Source of the DNA: Methanotrichaceae archaeon | Lineage (GTDB): Archaea > Halobacteriota > Methanosarcinia > Methanotrichales > Methanotrichaceae | Assembly: GCA_963803145.1 (NCBI GenBank) | Contig: CAWDLW010000017.1 | Coordinates: 160,001-224,000, forward strand | Length of the DNA: 64,000 nt | Direction of reading: 5' to 3' | In this document: positions 1 to 9,974 of the stretch, piece by piece | Numbering within the stretch: position 1 is the stretch's first letter | How the letters are laid out: the number at the start of each line of letters is the position of its first letter | Program-made: the position numbers and the translations under genes | The notes under the pieces: model-generated | What the model was told of the DNA's origin: nothing | The model's database searches: none | Seen by the model: the letters and a program-made list of their open reading frames with translations, nothing else

Positions 1-253
1 TTACATGGCTCACTGTGGTGCCTGTAGCAGCGCCAAGGTAGAGGACTTTGGAATCTCTCAAGAGGTTCAGATCCGGACGACTCTTCAACTTTAGCAGCAG
101 TGCAGCGAACTTTGACCTGGTGGGGTCCCAGATCCTATAGCCCTGCCAGATGCGTTCGCCGTAAACGGGCAAAGGTTTGGCCGGCAGTGTCGCGACCCTT
201 CGATGGCCATCGAGGTCGATTGCATAGATGCCCGGATAGATCTCATCTACCAT
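1..253 (-). CDS. flpA: Fibrillarin-like rRNA/tRNA 2'-O-methyltransferase, N-terminal part (runs off window)
   Basis: Manual translation of the minus strand from ATG at 253: [10 protein letters not shown]...VYGER...[15 protein letters not shown]...[16 protein letters not shown], the canonical fibrillarin motifs. Not in the ORF track. Confidence 0.9.
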   Translation of the reverse strand, partial: MVDEIYPGIYAIDLDGHRRVATLPAKPLPVYGERIWQGYRIWDPTRSKFAALLLKLKSRPDLNLLRDSKVLYLGAATGTTVSHV

Positions 254-255
254 TA

Positions 256-678
256 TTACAGCTCTTTTCCTACCGACGTTGTAGTGAGCTTAACATGCTT
301 CACGCCTTTCAGTGACATCATTCTTTCAGCGGCCTTTCTCACATCCTGCCCCTCGCCTCTGAGCACAACTACCTCAAGGCAGTTATCATGATCCAGATGA
401 ACATGCAGGCTCGACTGGATTATGCTTCCGAACTCGTGCTGTATTTCTGTCAAGTTATCAACCAGGCCGCGTTGTGAGTGGGCATAAACAAGCGTTATAA
501 CCCCGACACGCTCTCCCTGGACATCGCTCATCCACTCATAATGTACGATGTAGTTTCTAATCGCATCTCTTATGCCCTCTGAGCGTGAGGAGTAGCCGCG
601 CTGGAGTATTATCTCATCAAATCTGCTCAGGAGCTTCTCCGGTAGTGAGACCCCGATTCTCATAAGTTCTTGTTCCAT
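256..678 (-). CDS. nikR: Nickel-responsive transcriptional regulator NikR
   Basis: RHH N-terminus (RIGVSLP...[11 protein letters not shown]) and Ni-binding [12 protein letters not shown] motif. Confidence 0.95.
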   Translation of the reverse strand: MEQELMRIGVSLPEKLLSRFDEIILQRGYSSRSEGIRDAIRNYIVHYEWMSDVQGERVGVITLVYAHSQRGLVDNLTEIQHEFGSIIQSSLHVHLDHDNCLEVVVLRGEGQDVRKAAERMMSLKGVKHVKLTTTSVGKEL

Positions 679-762
679 ATATCCTCGCGACTACTATTCC
701 CGTGTTACGTAGTAATAAGCTTGGTGGGAATATTTCTGAAATATTCGCTCATATTAGCGAGC

Positions 763-1373
763 ACCATAAAGAATTTCCCCTGACGATCGACAATACTATT
801 TGTATGCCGGATATCGCAGTCATAAGCGATCGCAGTTTCCTGTTTGAGAAGCTCTTCCAGGATCTGGGAGTAAGCTACCAGTTCCTTCAGCCTAGCATCC
901 TCGGAAGCCCCTTTTTGCCTCAGTACAAGATGGTTTTGATACCGACGGGCTTTGCCCATACACAGTATTCCAAGGCTCTCCCTGCTCTGCAAAGGACCAG
1001 GTCAAATATAGCTGAGTTTGTGCGAAATGGCGGAGTTCTCACAGTCTTCGGGCCGATGGTGGAACATAATTATGAGTGGCTGCCGCTTAAGCTGAAGTAT
1101 GTCTGCGAGTACGGCTCACATACTGTAGAGCCATCGGAGGATGAGTGCTCCTGCCTGCTCTGCACCTTAACGCCGGAGTGCGACGGCTACCTCGTTCCTG
1201 GCGAGGGCTTCGACACCGTTCTAAAGGATTCGAAGGATAGATCTATTCTTGTCGTTGGGAAGTATGGCGAGGGCCTGATCGTTGCCACATCTGTTCATGA
1301 GTTTCCGGCCGGAGACTACATAAAATGGGCGCTTGGAAAGGCTAAGCCGGCCAGGATCTGAAATGGCTGAGGA
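763..1373 (+). repeat. Direct repeat copy 1 (611 bp), homologous to 23781-24391
   Basis: Both copies start ACCATAAAGAATTTCCCCT and end ATCTGAAATGGCTGAGGA; the encoded proteins differ at 10 of 185 aa. Confidence 0.95.
804..1361 (+). CDS. Conserved hypothetical protein (possibly class I glutamine amidotransferase-like fold), copy 1
   Basis: ATG at 804 matches the start of the paralog at 23822. The LIPTGF...FVRNGGVL pattern resembles GATase-like domains (inference). Confidence 0.7.
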   Translation: MPDIAVISDRSFLFEKLFQDLGVSYQFLQPSILGSPFLPQYKMVLIPTGFAHTQYSKALPALQRTRSNIAEFVRNGGVLTVFGPMVEHNYEWLPLKLKYVCEYGSHTVEPSEDECSCLLCTLTPECDGYLVPGEGFDTVLKDSKDRSILVVGKYGEGLIVATSVHEFPAGDYIKWALGKAKPARI

Positions 1374-1701
1374 GTGAAGTATTGCAAAGATAGTGCCGGT
1401 AAGCAATAGTATAACCTTCATTTAGCCAATTTAACTTCTAGTAAAATTATTCAAAAACTGAATTGAACGATTTTGGGGCACGTTTTTTGCTATCTTAATG
1501 TATTATTATGAAAAATTCATTACCACATCGGTTTTCATCCTTATTGTATGGTTCAATGAACCATGAAGATTTGTGGCGCAAATAGTAGTTGCTGATTAAG
1601 AACAAATGTGGAAACTTATACTTGAATACGTCCTAGTTTCGTGACAGCCTCATCAAACAATCCCTTGTTCCATCTACGGCGAATTATCGCTTTTTGAGAA
1701 A

Positions 1702-2019
1702 TTACGAAATTGAATTCGAATGATCTTTTTTCGCGTTGGATTTGTTATTATTGATTTCATAAAGACATAAGCTTCCTAATAAGAAACCAGTATGATCGAT
1801 AATTAACATTAGATCACAGGAAACATTATTAAAACCCGTGGGTAATAGAGGATACGCGTAAATATTGATTATAAATATCAAGACAAAAGATGATGTATAA
1901 AATGGCGACATGAATATACAAATTCCTCCCAGTTTTATCGATATCGTTTCCGTTGGCATCGGTAAATACCTTTTTAGGTTAAAATCCTTTTTACGCAACA
2001 AGTCAATAATTTTTGCCAT
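1702..2019 (-). CDS. Possible small membrane protein divergent from the mrp operon
   Basis: AT-rich 105-aa ORF with two hydrophobic stretches and a BRE/TATA-like CCAAAATCATTAATA on the minus strand at about 2041-2055. Confidence 0.3.
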   Translation of the reverse strand: MAKIIDLLRKKDFNLKRYLPMPTETISIKLGGICIFMSPFYTSSFVLIFIINIYAYPLLPTGFNNVSCDLMLIIDHTGFLLGSLCLYEINNNKSNAKKDHSNSIS

Positions 2020-2063
2020 GTATTTCCCATGATTATTGGTTATTAATGATTTTGGGATTAACT

Positions 2064-2079
2064 CGAAAAGTATTTATAC
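2064..2079 (+). promoter_or_regulatory. Archaeal BRE-TATA promoter of the mrp operon
   Basis: CGAAAAGTATTTATAC about 35 nt before the first ATG of the operon. Confidence 0.6.
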
Positions 2080-2112
2080 TTGCTTTTTGCACACGATAAT
2101 TGATGATCGTTG

Positions 2113-2382
2113 ATGATAATACCCTTTGTTGCAGTCGGGATAATAATTGCCTGCACCATATTAGTATGCTCATACAGGGCAATCGTCGGACCAGGGACCT
2201 TCAACCGTATTGTTGCTGTGAATATGATAGGGACAAAGGCGATTGTGCTCTTAGTCGTAGTTGGCTACATAATCGAAAGGCCACAATTCATTGATGTAGC
2301 ATTAATGTATGCAGCAATTAGTTTCGTTGGCACCTTAATTATTGCCAAATATGCTGAGAGGGGAGAAATATGCTCGCGATAG
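2113..2382 (+). CDS. mrpF: Mrp/Mnh antiporter subunit F
   Basis: Three TM helices, GPxxxNRIVA and FIDVALxYA motifs; first gene of the operon. Confidence 0.88.
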   Translation: MIIPFVAVGIIIACTILVCSYRAIVGPGTFNRIVAVNMIGTKAIVLLVVVGYIIERPQFIDVALMYAAISFVGTLIIAKYAERGEICSR

Positions 2383-2684
2383 ATATAATATCAACAATGT
2401 TTATGGCAGCCGGTTCGTTGGTTATGATACTCGGGCCCGTGGGGCTTTTGAAATTCCCGGATTTCTATACCCGAATACATGCCGCCGGGAAGGGCGATAC
2501 CCTCGGCCAGATTCTCGTATTATTTGGCTGTATGATTTATGAAGGTTTTACCTTTATATCCATAAAGCTTCTCATGGTGGCGCTTTTTTATCTATTCGCT
2601 GGCCCTTGTAGCACTCATGCGTTGATGAAAGCTGCGTATGTTACCGGCGTGCCGGTGTGGAAGACGGGAGATAAAAGGATGTGA
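2370..2684 (+). CDS. mrpG: Mrp/Mnh antiporter subunit G
   Basis: GLLKFPDFYTRIHAAGKGDTLG signature. Confidence 0.92.
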   Translation: MLAIDIISTMFMAAGSLVMILGPVGLLKFPDFYTRIHAAGKGDTLGQILVLFGCMIYEGFTFISIKLLMVALFYLFAGPCSTHALMKAAYVTGVPVWKTGDKRM

Positions 2685-3241
2685 TGGAGATGACAGTGGC
2701 CTTTTCTCCGGAGGATTTGAAACGTGAGAACAGGACATTTAGGATGGTCCTGACCTTTTCCCTCATGTTCATATTCTGGTTGCTCCTGTCAGCTTGGTCC
2801 GTTTATTTCCCCGAGCCCTACGACTTCACCAAAGTTTCACGAGGTGTACTGGCGGCATTAATCGTTACATTCCTCACCTGGGAGATGTTTGTGCCCCGCC
2901 GAGGCGATAAGGTGCTTTTGACGGTGAAAAGGCTCATTCCGTACATCTGCTGGGAGATATGGCAGATTTATCTGGCCGCCGTTGACGTCGCTAAACGCAT
3001 TCTTGGCATCCTGCCTATAGACCCTCGAATAGTTGAATTCGACACTCCAATGCTGAAAAGCGATTTTGCCATGCTAGCATTTGCTACTTCCATCACATTG
3101 ACTCCGGGGACGGTAACAATACTTGTCGACCCAGAGAAGCGTAGGTACACATGTCATGCCATAGCCAAAGAGCCAGGAGATTCTCTGGTGGTGGACCAGG
3201 GCATGCAAAAATATGTGGGATGGGTCTTTGGTGGAGAATAG
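2684..3241 (+). CDS. mrpE: Mrp/Mnh antiporter subunit E
   Basis: FWLLLS N-terminus and SITLTPGTVT signature. Confidence 0.92.
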   Translation: MEMTVAFSPEDLKRENRTFRMVLTFSLMFIFWLLLSAWSVYFPEPYDFTKVSRGVLAALIVTFLTWEMFVPRRGDKVLLTVKRLIPYICWEIWQIYLAAVDVAKRILGILPIDPRIVEFDTPMLKSDFAMLAFATSITLTPGTVTILVDPEKRRYTCHAIAKEPGDSLVVDQGMQKYVGWVFGGE

Positions 3242-3256
3242 TAGGAGGAAAGAAAA

Positions 3257-3499
3257 ATGATAGTTCCTATTGATCTATTAATTTTAATATTTCTTGTTTT
3301 AATTACGATAGCGGCGCTGTGGACTAAGGACCTTTTAGCTGCGATAGTCCTGACTGGTGCTTTTAGTTTTATAATGGCAAATGTATGGATGCAACTGGGC
3401 TCAACCGACGTATCGTTTACTGAGGCAGCTGTCGGTGCCGGAGCCTCAACTGCTCTGATGATGGCCTGTCTATCGAGAGTACCGAGGTGGGAGAAATAA
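3257..3499 (+). CDS. Mrp subunit, DUF4040/MbhD-like (split MrpA C-terminal part)
   Basis: DLLAA...DVSFTEAAVGAG motif. Confidence 0.85.
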   Translation: MIVPIDLLILIFLVLITIAALWTKDLLAAIVLTGAFSFIMANVWMQLGSTDVSFTEAAVGAGASTALMMACLSRVPRWEK

Positions 3500-4134
3500 T
3501 GATACCTCGTGAAATTAAAACTTTGACTTTATTCGGTCTCATGACGGCGATCATTCTTACAGCGGTATCCTTTTACGCTGTTGAGGATCTGCCCTCTTTC
3601 GGGGACGAGAATTCTGCTGTAAATAAATATATCAAGCTATTTAGCGTTAATGAATCCGCCGGATTGGTGGATAACTTAAAAGCAGGCGTCCTTCCCGAAG
3701 AAATTCTAAATAAAATAGAAAAGATGGGATTTATTCATGGCCCTTCAATCCCAGGCGCCCAGAATGAGAATTATCCAACCATAGAGGGAAACTACACAAT
3801 CAAGCGATTCGAACAGGGAACGTGGTATGGTGGACGGATCTATGAAGGGGGATGGGATGTTCTCATCAGAGAAGGGGAGTTATTTTATAACGATCCTAAC
3901 GATCCCCAGGAATGGTATTTTATTAAAGATCCAGTTGACGGAAAGCTGGGCGTCTACAGGTATAACTGGCCAGTTAGGGTCATACAGAGAACCGTGAATG
4001 AGACGGCTATGATAAATAGTGTGACCTCGGGCCTTGCGGATTACAGAGGTTACGATACAATGGGCGAAGAAACCGTCATCCTAACAGGTGCTATTGGTGT
4101 CATATTACTGGTAAGGAGGCGAGGAAGACTATGA
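3499..4134 (+). CDS. Mrp subunit, MbhE-like, with a long extracytoplasmic insertion
   Basis: N-terminal TM + LPSFGD, C-terminal NSVTSGLADYRGYDTMGEETV motif, and a long hydrophilic segment between them. Confidence 0.8.
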   Translation: MIPREIKTLTLFGLMTAIILTAVSFYAVEDLPSFGDENSAVNKYIKLFSVNESAGLVDNLKAGVLPEEILNKIEKMGFIHGPSIPGAQNENYPTIEGNYTIKRFEQGTWYGGRIYEGGWDVLIREGELFYNDPNDPQEWYFIKDPVDGKLGVYRYNWPVRVIQRTVNETAMINSVTSGLADYRGYDTMGEETVILTGAIGVILLVRRRGRL

Positions 4135-4619
4135 CCCCGGAGACGAGAGAATACAAGAGGGACCTCATAATAGAAATGACTACGAATATAATGTTCCCCT
4201 TGACCCTATTATTTGGGTTGTATGTGATGATAGGCTCAAGCGGGACGGGCGGTGGATTCGAAGGTGGAACAGTACTTGCAGCCGCTTTCATCCTTTATAT
4301 AACCGTCTTTGGCCATGAATTGGGCAGATCAGAGATGATGCCGGAGTCTATTAATGTCTTGTTCAAGAGCCTTGGGCTGTTCTTTTACAATGGGGCTGGT
4401 TGGATATGCGTCCTCTTCAGCCTAGGCACTGCGCAATGGCTGAACATGCCCGCATTTTGGCCTGTGACAGAATTCATGGGCGTAGCAGGGGCGAGGTCAT
4501 TTCTGGTGAGTTACATGGTATCGGCGGGCATAGGGTTGACAGTGATGGCAGCATTCGTCTCGCAGTATTTCGATCTGGCATGGAAAGAGGAAGAAGAGAT
4601 GGGAGGTGATGAAGAATGA
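4131..4619 (+). CDS. mrpB: Mrp/Mnh antiporter subunit B
   Basis: GGGFEGG motif (variant of PGGGFQGG) and four TM helices. Confidence 0.85.
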   Translation: MTPETREYKRDLIIEMTTNIMFPLTLLFGLYVMIGSSGTGGGFEGGTVLAAAFILYITVFGHELGRSEMMPESINVLFKSLGLFFYNGAGWICVLFSLGTAQWLNMPAFWPVTEFMGVAGARSFLVSYMVSAGIGLTVMAAFVSQYFDLAWKEEEEMGGDEE

Positions 4620-5071
4620 TGGACTGGATATTCCAACATTTCATTGAAAAATACAACTTCTGGATCGCCATGCTCATCATTATTATAGGTCTTTCTGCAA
4701 CGGTAGTTAAGGAGAATTTCTTAAAGAAACTTATCGGGCTAAGTCTATTTCAATCAGCATTCTTCATGTGGGTCGTATCCCTCGGGGATGTAGGAAGGAA
4801 TATCTTAACTACCTGGGGCTTAAAAACAGGAACCATACCGATTATATGGGAACAGGCAGAGGCGAAAGGATACATATACGTGAATCCCCTGCCCCATGTG
4901 CTCATGCTCACTGGGATTGTCGTGAGCGCTGCTACGACCGCAGTCGCCCTTGCCATTTTGATAAGGATATATCAGCTATACGGGACCATAGAAGAGCCCG
5001 AGATAATTGAGAAAGAGAAGGAATTTGAAAAAGAAGGAGGTGAAGTGAGAAATGCCTCTTCTTCTGGTTGA
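4616..5071 (+). CDS. mrpC: Mrp/Mnh antiporter subunit C
   Basis: NFLKKLIGL and NPLPHVLMLTGIVV signatures. Confidence 0.92.
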   Translation: MMDWIFQHFIEKYNFWIAMLIIIIGLSATVVKENFLKKLIGLSLFQSAFFMWVVSLGDVGRNILTTWGLKTGTIPIIWEQAEAKGYIYVNPLPHVLMLTGIVVSAATTAVALAILIRIYQLYGTIEEPEIIEKEKEFEKEGGEVRNASSSG

Positions 5072-6578
5072 ACAGTTCCCCGTGCTCATAGTTGGTTTGT
5101 CCATGTTCACAGCCTATACTATGCTGATGATGGGATATTTGAATAAGAAGCTGCCTTTCTACTTGGCCCTAACCATGGATTCCATCTTCCTGGTCTTGTC
5201 CCTGTTCATGTTGAATCACGTCCTAACTGTTGGGCCTATCCGTTACTGGCAGGGAGGGTGGAGGCCGCCCTGGGGGATAGAGTACGTTGATGATGCCATG
5301 AATTGCTACCTCTTGGTAATAGTAATATCAATGGTTATATTGGGATTAATATATTCCAAGAGGAATGTAGAGCATGAAATAGAGGAGAGGAAGCATCCCA
5401 CCTTCTATACCCTTGTTCAGCTCATGGCCGCGGGAATGTTCGGAATAACCATTACCGGCGACCTGTTCAACATGTTCATCTGGCTTGAGATAGCCTCTCT
5501 GACTGCTTACGCATTGATAGCTATCGCCGGCGGGAGAGCACTACGATCGGCTTATAATTACGTAATAATGGGTTCTATAGGCGCATGTTTCTATATCTTT
5601 GGTGTTTGCTGGATTTATTCGGTCACAGGAACACTCAATTTCGGTGACATGAGGCTTTTGCTGCCAGTTGTATACGACAACAAAGCGGTTCAAATGGCCT
5701 TTGCCATGATAGTTGTAGGTGTGATGATAAAGGCGTACATATTCCCCCTTCATCTATGGCAGCCCGATGTATATACTTATGCTCCTTCCACAATAAGCTC
5801 AATAATGGCTTCAGTGCACGTGAAAGTGATGTTCTATATCCTAATCAGGATGTTTTACTCCGTCTTCACGCTAAATTTCATCAAGCACTTCATCGGGCTT
5901 GATATGTTAATATGCTGGGTTGCGGCAATAGCGATACTGGCAGGTTCAATCTGGGCCATAAAACAGCGAAACCTGAAGAGGATGCTAGCTTATTCTTCGA
6001 TATCCCAGATGGGGTATATACTCTTAGGAGTGGGATTATCTCCCTTATCTCCCTGGGGGCTCGTTGGGGCAGTTGCGCAAATATTAAATCATGCCATAGG
6101 GAAAGGTTGTCTATTCATGTCGGCTGGCGCTATCAGTCAGCAGGAGGGATTGCGGGACATAAGGGATTTTGCAGGCTTGGGAAAGAAGATGCCGTATGCC
6201 AGCACAGCCTTTACGATTGCTGCAATCTCTATGATAGGAATTCCGCCAACCGCTGGATTTGCCTCTAAGTTGTTCTTGATTATCGCCTCCCTAGATGCCG
6301 CTCAATATCCCTTCGTGGCGGTATTGCTGTTAAGCGGCCTCCTTAACTTGGTATACTACTGGAGGGTGATAGATCAAATGTGGTTTGTGAAGCCCGATGA
6401 GACAAAAGACACGGGAATGGTCAAAGAAAAAGGCAAAGCGCTTCCTCTTAGCATGACGGCGCCTATGCTGTTCCTCGCGTCTCTTTGTATCATTATAGGA
6501 ATCATCTGGCTCACAAATGTTCCTCTGCTTTTGATCAATCACATCTTAGGGAATTTGAGAATGGGGGTGACCATATAA
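5052..6578 (+). CDS. mrpD: Mrp antiporter subunit D (first)
   Basis: GGWRPPWGIE, DLFNMFIWLE, FPLHLWQPDVY and KRMLAYSS motifs of the MrpD/NuoM family. Confidence 0.92.
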   Translation: MPLLLVEQFPVLIVGLSMFTAYTMLMMGYLNKKLPFYLALTMDSIFLVLSLFMLNHVLTVGPIRYWQGGWRPPWGIEYVDDAMNCYLLVIVISMVILGLIYSKRNVEHEIEERKHPTFYTLVQLMAAGMFGITITGDLFNMFIWLEIASLTAYALIAIAGGRALRSAYNYVIMGSIGACFYIFGVCWIYSVTGTLNFGDMRLLLPVVYDNKAVQMAFAMIVVGVMIKAYIFPLHLWQPDVYTYAPSTISSIMASVHVKVMFYILIRMFYSVFTLNFIKHFIGLDMLICWVAAIAILAGSIWAIKQRNLKRMLAYSSISQMGYILLGVGLSPLSPWGLVGAVAQILNHAIGKGCLFMSAGAISQQEGLRDIRDFAGLGKKMPYASTAFTIAAISMIGIPPTAGFASKLFLIIASLDAAQYPFVAVLLLSGLLNLVYYWRVIDQMWFVKPDETKDTGMVKEKGKALPLSMTAPMLFLASLCIIIGIIWLTNVPLLLINHILGNLRMGVTI

Positions 6579-8080
6579 TGGAGCTAATGACGCCGTTGTT
6601 TGTCATCCTGTGCCCAGCGATTGCTGCAGCTTTGATCCTGCCATCGAGAAACCATCCGAATATGAGAGAAGGCTGGACTATTGCGGCGAGCTTGGTGATG
6701 TTTTCGCTTGTTCTGTCAATGGCACCGGAGATTCTAAAAGGAGATACAATAAAATATGTATTATTCCATTCGATGTTCAAGGGCATCTATATTGGATTCA
6801 ATGTTGACGCCTTTGGCGAAATATTCGCAATTACCACGTCCTCTCTCTGGATTCTGGTCTCCATCTACTCCATAGGGTACATGCGAACGCTGAAAGAGCA
6901 TGCGCAGACGAGATACTTCTTTGCCTTCTGCCTCGCCATATTTGGAGCGTTGGGAGTTGCTCTCTCTGCAAATTTAATCACCATGTTTATATTTTATGAA
7001 ATAATAACTGTGTCCACATATCCGCTTGTCATACATGAGCAGACACCGGAGGCTTTGAGGGCGGGGCATAAATATTTCGCTTATTTAATAACCGCGGGCG
7101 CCTTCCTTCTCTTCGGGGTGATGACGATCTACTACCTCACCGGAACTACCGAGTTCACAGCCGGGGGAATAAAGGCCCTCGGTTTGGCACCTCAAGCGAT
7201 AGTGATAGTTTTGTTCTTCTGCTTCCTGCTGGGGTTCATGAAGGCCGCGTGGATGCCTTTTCACTCATGGCTGCCCACGGCGATGGTAGCGCCGACACCG
7301 GTAAGTGCTCTACTACATGCTGTGGCGGTGGTTAAAGCTGGCGTCTTTGGCATAGTGCGCCTGGTCTGCTATGTTTACGGCGTGGACCTGATGCATGAGC
7401 TCAACCTGTGGTTGGTATTGGCCATAATTGCAAGCTTTACCATGCTTGTCGGATCCTTCTTCGCCATTGCTCAAGACGACCTTAAAAAGAGGCTTGCATA
7501 CTCCACCATCAGCCAGCTATCCTACATAATTCTGGGTGCATCATTGCTGACAGAGAACGGAGTGCGAGGGGCGATGCTTCACATACCATTCCACGGCTTC
7601 ATGAAGATAACGCTGTTCCTTTGTGCAGGCGCTATTATGGTAGCTACAGGGAAGAGGAAGATAAGCGAGATGGCCGGGATAGGAAAAACGATGCCTATAA
7701 CCATGCTAGCCTTCAGCATAGCTGCGATAGGCATGGTTGGGATCCCACCTGTAGCCGGGTTCATCAGCAAGTTTTATCTCTGCCTTGGGGCATTGGCAGC
7801 AACATCTCCCTATGGATTGATCTTCTTAGCGGTCATCCTGATAAGCTCGTTGCTGGACGTCGTTTATTTCTTCCCCATAATACACACAGCATTCTTCAGG
7901 AAGCCTGTGGGAGATATAACCACGAACGGAGAGGAGAAGAGAAAGGAGGCCCCTCTTTTGATGGTCGTCCCTCTAGCAATAACTGCAATCTTCTCCATCA
8001 TATTCTTCGTATATCCGAATATGTTCTATATCTTCGACCTTGTGAAAATGGCCGTAGGGGATGTCTTCGGAGGCGTATGA
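6578..8080 (+). CDS. mrpD: Mrp antiporter subunit D family protein (second)
   Basis: PFHSWLPTAMVAPTPVSALLHAVAVVKAG and KKRLAYSTISQL motifs. ATG at 6578 overlaps the previous stop. Confidence 0.9.
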   Translation: MELMTPLFVILCPAIAAALILPSRNHPNMREGWTIAASLVMFSLVLSMAPEILKGDTIKYVLFHSMFKGIYIGFNVDAFGEIFAITTSSLWILVSIYSIGYMRTLKEHAQTRYFFAFCLAIFGALGVALSANLITMFIFYEIITVSTYPLVIHEQTPEALRAGHKYFAYLITAGAFLLFGVMTIYYLTGTTEFTAGGIKALGLAPQAIVIVLFFCFLLGFMKAAWMPFHSWLPTAMVAPTPVSALLHAVAVVKAGVFGIVRLVCYVYGVDLMHELNLWLVLAIIASFTMLVGSFFAIAQDDLKKRLAYSTISQLSYIILGASLLTENGVRGAMLHIPFHGFMKITLFLCAGAIMVATGKRKISEMAGIGKTMPITMLAFSIAAIGMVGIPPVAGFISKFYLCLGALAATSPYGLIFLAVILISSLLDVVYFFPIIHTAFFRKPVGDITTNGEEKRKEAPLLMVVPLAITAIFSIIFFVYPNMFYIFDLVKMAVGDVFGGV

Positions 8081-8142
8081 AGATAATATTTCCAAATTTT
8101 ATCTTATCGGAATACCTGGATTGATGTAAGAATGAGGGGAAA

Positions 8143-9402
8143 ATGTCACAATTGCGCCGAATTACCCAACAAATGACCAAGAGATTTATCCTTATGTTGC
8201 CGTTGTTGATGGTGGCCTTCTTAGCTTCAGCCAATCCCGAAATGGCGTTTACCGCTCCCGGTAACATATCTCTCGGCCGAATTCCCCAAGAGGAATGGAA
8301 CAGAACCTTTGGGGGGGCAAGCGATGATGTGGGCACCTGGGTTCAGCAGACGAAAGATGGCGGCTACATCGTCACAGGTTATACGTCATCTTACGGTGCC
8401 GATGCTCCATATTCCTGGCTCATAAAAGCCCAATACAGAGGGGATATCTGGCTGATAAAAACCGATCAGTCGGGGATTTTGGAATGGGACAGAACATTCG
8501 GCGGTTTGGGCAAGGAGCTGGGCTTCTTTGTCCAGCAGACGAGGGATGGCGGTTACATCATCACAGGCGGGAAAAAGTCTTTTTGGATCGGCAATTATCA
8601 TGTTTGGGTTATAAAGACCGATTCGGATGGGATCTTGGAGTGGGACAAAACCTTCGAGGGGCCAGGTGAGGACCTGGGCTTCTCTGTCCAGCAGACAAAT
8701 GATAACGGTTACATCATCGCAGGTTATACAACAATTTCCGACGGCAGAAAGGCCTGGCTCATCAAAATCGATCCGGCGGGGAACAAGGAATGGGACGTAG
8801 TCTTAGGCAAGAAAGATACTGAGGCGGCCTCTGTCCAGCAGACCAAAGATGGCGGTTATATAATTACAGGTTACACATCTTCTTACGGTGCAGGCAAAGA
8901 AGACGTTTGGCTATTAAAGACCGATTCAATCGGCAATATTGAGTGGGTTAATGCCTTTGGCGGGGCCAAGAGTGACATAGGTTTTTCGGTTCAGGAAACG
9001 AATGACGGCGGATATATCATCGCAGGTTCCACAGAATCCTTCGGGCTTGGAATTATGAGTGTCTGGTTGATAAAGACAGATTCGAAGGGAAATAAGGAGT
9101 GGGATAGAACATTCGGCGGGCCCGATTCTGATTCGGGTGCCTGCGTCCAGCAGACTACAGATGACGGTTATATTATCACAGGTTACAACACAACGTCTAT
9201 TGGTGCCTCTAAATTAGGGCGTGCGTGGCTGATAAAGACCGATTCGAATGGATATAAGGAGTGGGACAGAACATTCGGCGGCTCTCGAAATGATTGGGGC
9301 AACTCAGTAGAAGAGACGAAAGATGGCGGTTACATCATAACAGGTGTCACGGAGTCTTATGGCGCAGGCAAGGAGGATGCCTGGCTGATAAAAGTAAAAT
9401 GA
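8143..9402 (+). CDS. Secreted/membrane-anchored repeat protein with seven QQTxDGGYII repeats (beta-propeller-like)
   Basis: N-terminal hydrophobic signal, then seven ~50-aa repeats WDRTFGG...SVQQTxDGGYIITG...WLIKTD. Confidence 0.85.
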   Translation: MSQLRRITQQMTKRFILMLPLLMVAFLASANPEMAFTAPGNISLGRIPQEEWNRTFGGASDDVGTWVQQTKDGGYIVTGYTSSYGADAPYSWLIKAQYRGDIWLIKTDQSGILEWDRTFGGLGKELGFFVQQTRDGGYIITGGKKSFWIGNYHVWVIKTDSDGILEWDKTFEGPGEDLGFSVQQTNDNGYIIAGYTTISDGRKAWLIKIDPAGNKEWDVVLGKKDTEAASVQQTKDGGYIITGYTSSYGAGKEDVWLLKTDSIGNIEWVNAFGGAKSDIGFSVQETNDGGYIIAGSTESFGLGIMSVWLIKTDSKGNKEWDRTFGGPDSDSGACVQQTTDDGYIITGYNTTSIGASKLGRAWLIKTDSNGYKEWDRTFGGSRNDWGNSVEETKDGGYIITGVTESYGAGKEDAWLIKVK

Positions 9403-9449
9403 GCAATGGATGGTTAAAAGAGAAATATAGGATGTCAGGAGGGAAATGG

Positions 9450-9608
9450 ATGGAAAATATTGAAGAAAGAAAGGAGACGAGGGAGAGAAGCGAGTACTTT
9501 TGGCATACCTATTATGGCTTTCCCTCTGAAATGCTTGGCTATGCATTGCTAGTAGTAACTATATTATATTTTGCATTTGTGATCTCAGTTGCCGTAGGTA
9601 TATTGTGA
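9450..9608 (+). CDS. Small single-TM protein in the mrp operon
   Basis: GGAGG SD before ATG 9450; MENIEERK... with a C-terminal hydrophobic helix. Confidence 0.55.
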   Translation: MENIEERKETRERSEYFWHTYYGFPSEMLGYALLVVTILYFAFVISVAVGIL

Positions 9609-9663
9609 TAATGATTAAAATGGGGGATCAATCGTAGATATATGATAAGGAGATGACGAAAGA

Positions 9664-9969
9664 ATGGAAATAATACTTGCAGTGCTCTCCATACTGGGAA
9701 TTGTTGGATACGTTTTTCTTTTCCTCGGAACTACAGAGCCGCGTCATCGTCACGGGGACCTATTCCTCGGAATAGTTGCGTTCACCCTTATTGTAATGGT
9801 ATTGGCAGGTTTATTCATCCAATGGCCCATTGAATTCAGGTGGCAAGACGTAACAGCATTTTACGCGATATATGGTTTCTCAGCCTTCGTCTTTCTTATT
9901 TACGCAGCAAAAGGGTTGCGTCTCTGGCTCACGAAAGAAGAGGATTATTATGAGAAGAGGGGGGTGTAA
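9664..9969 (+). CDS. Small membrane protein preceding the third MrpD
   Basis: Three TM segments, FYAIYGF and EEDYYE C-terminus, AGGAG SD. Confidence 0.75.
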   Translation: MEIILAVLSILGIVGYVFLFLGTTEPRHRHGDLFLGIVAFTLIVMVLAGLFIQWPIEFRWQDVTAFYAIYGFSAFVFLIYAAKGLRLWLTKEEDYYEKRGV

Positions 9970-9974
9970 AGCAG

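Noticed and set aside
702-803. 34-aa N-terminal extension of the first repeat-copy gene
   Set aside because: It is absent from the paralog and overlaps the divergent promoter region; ATG 804 is preferred.
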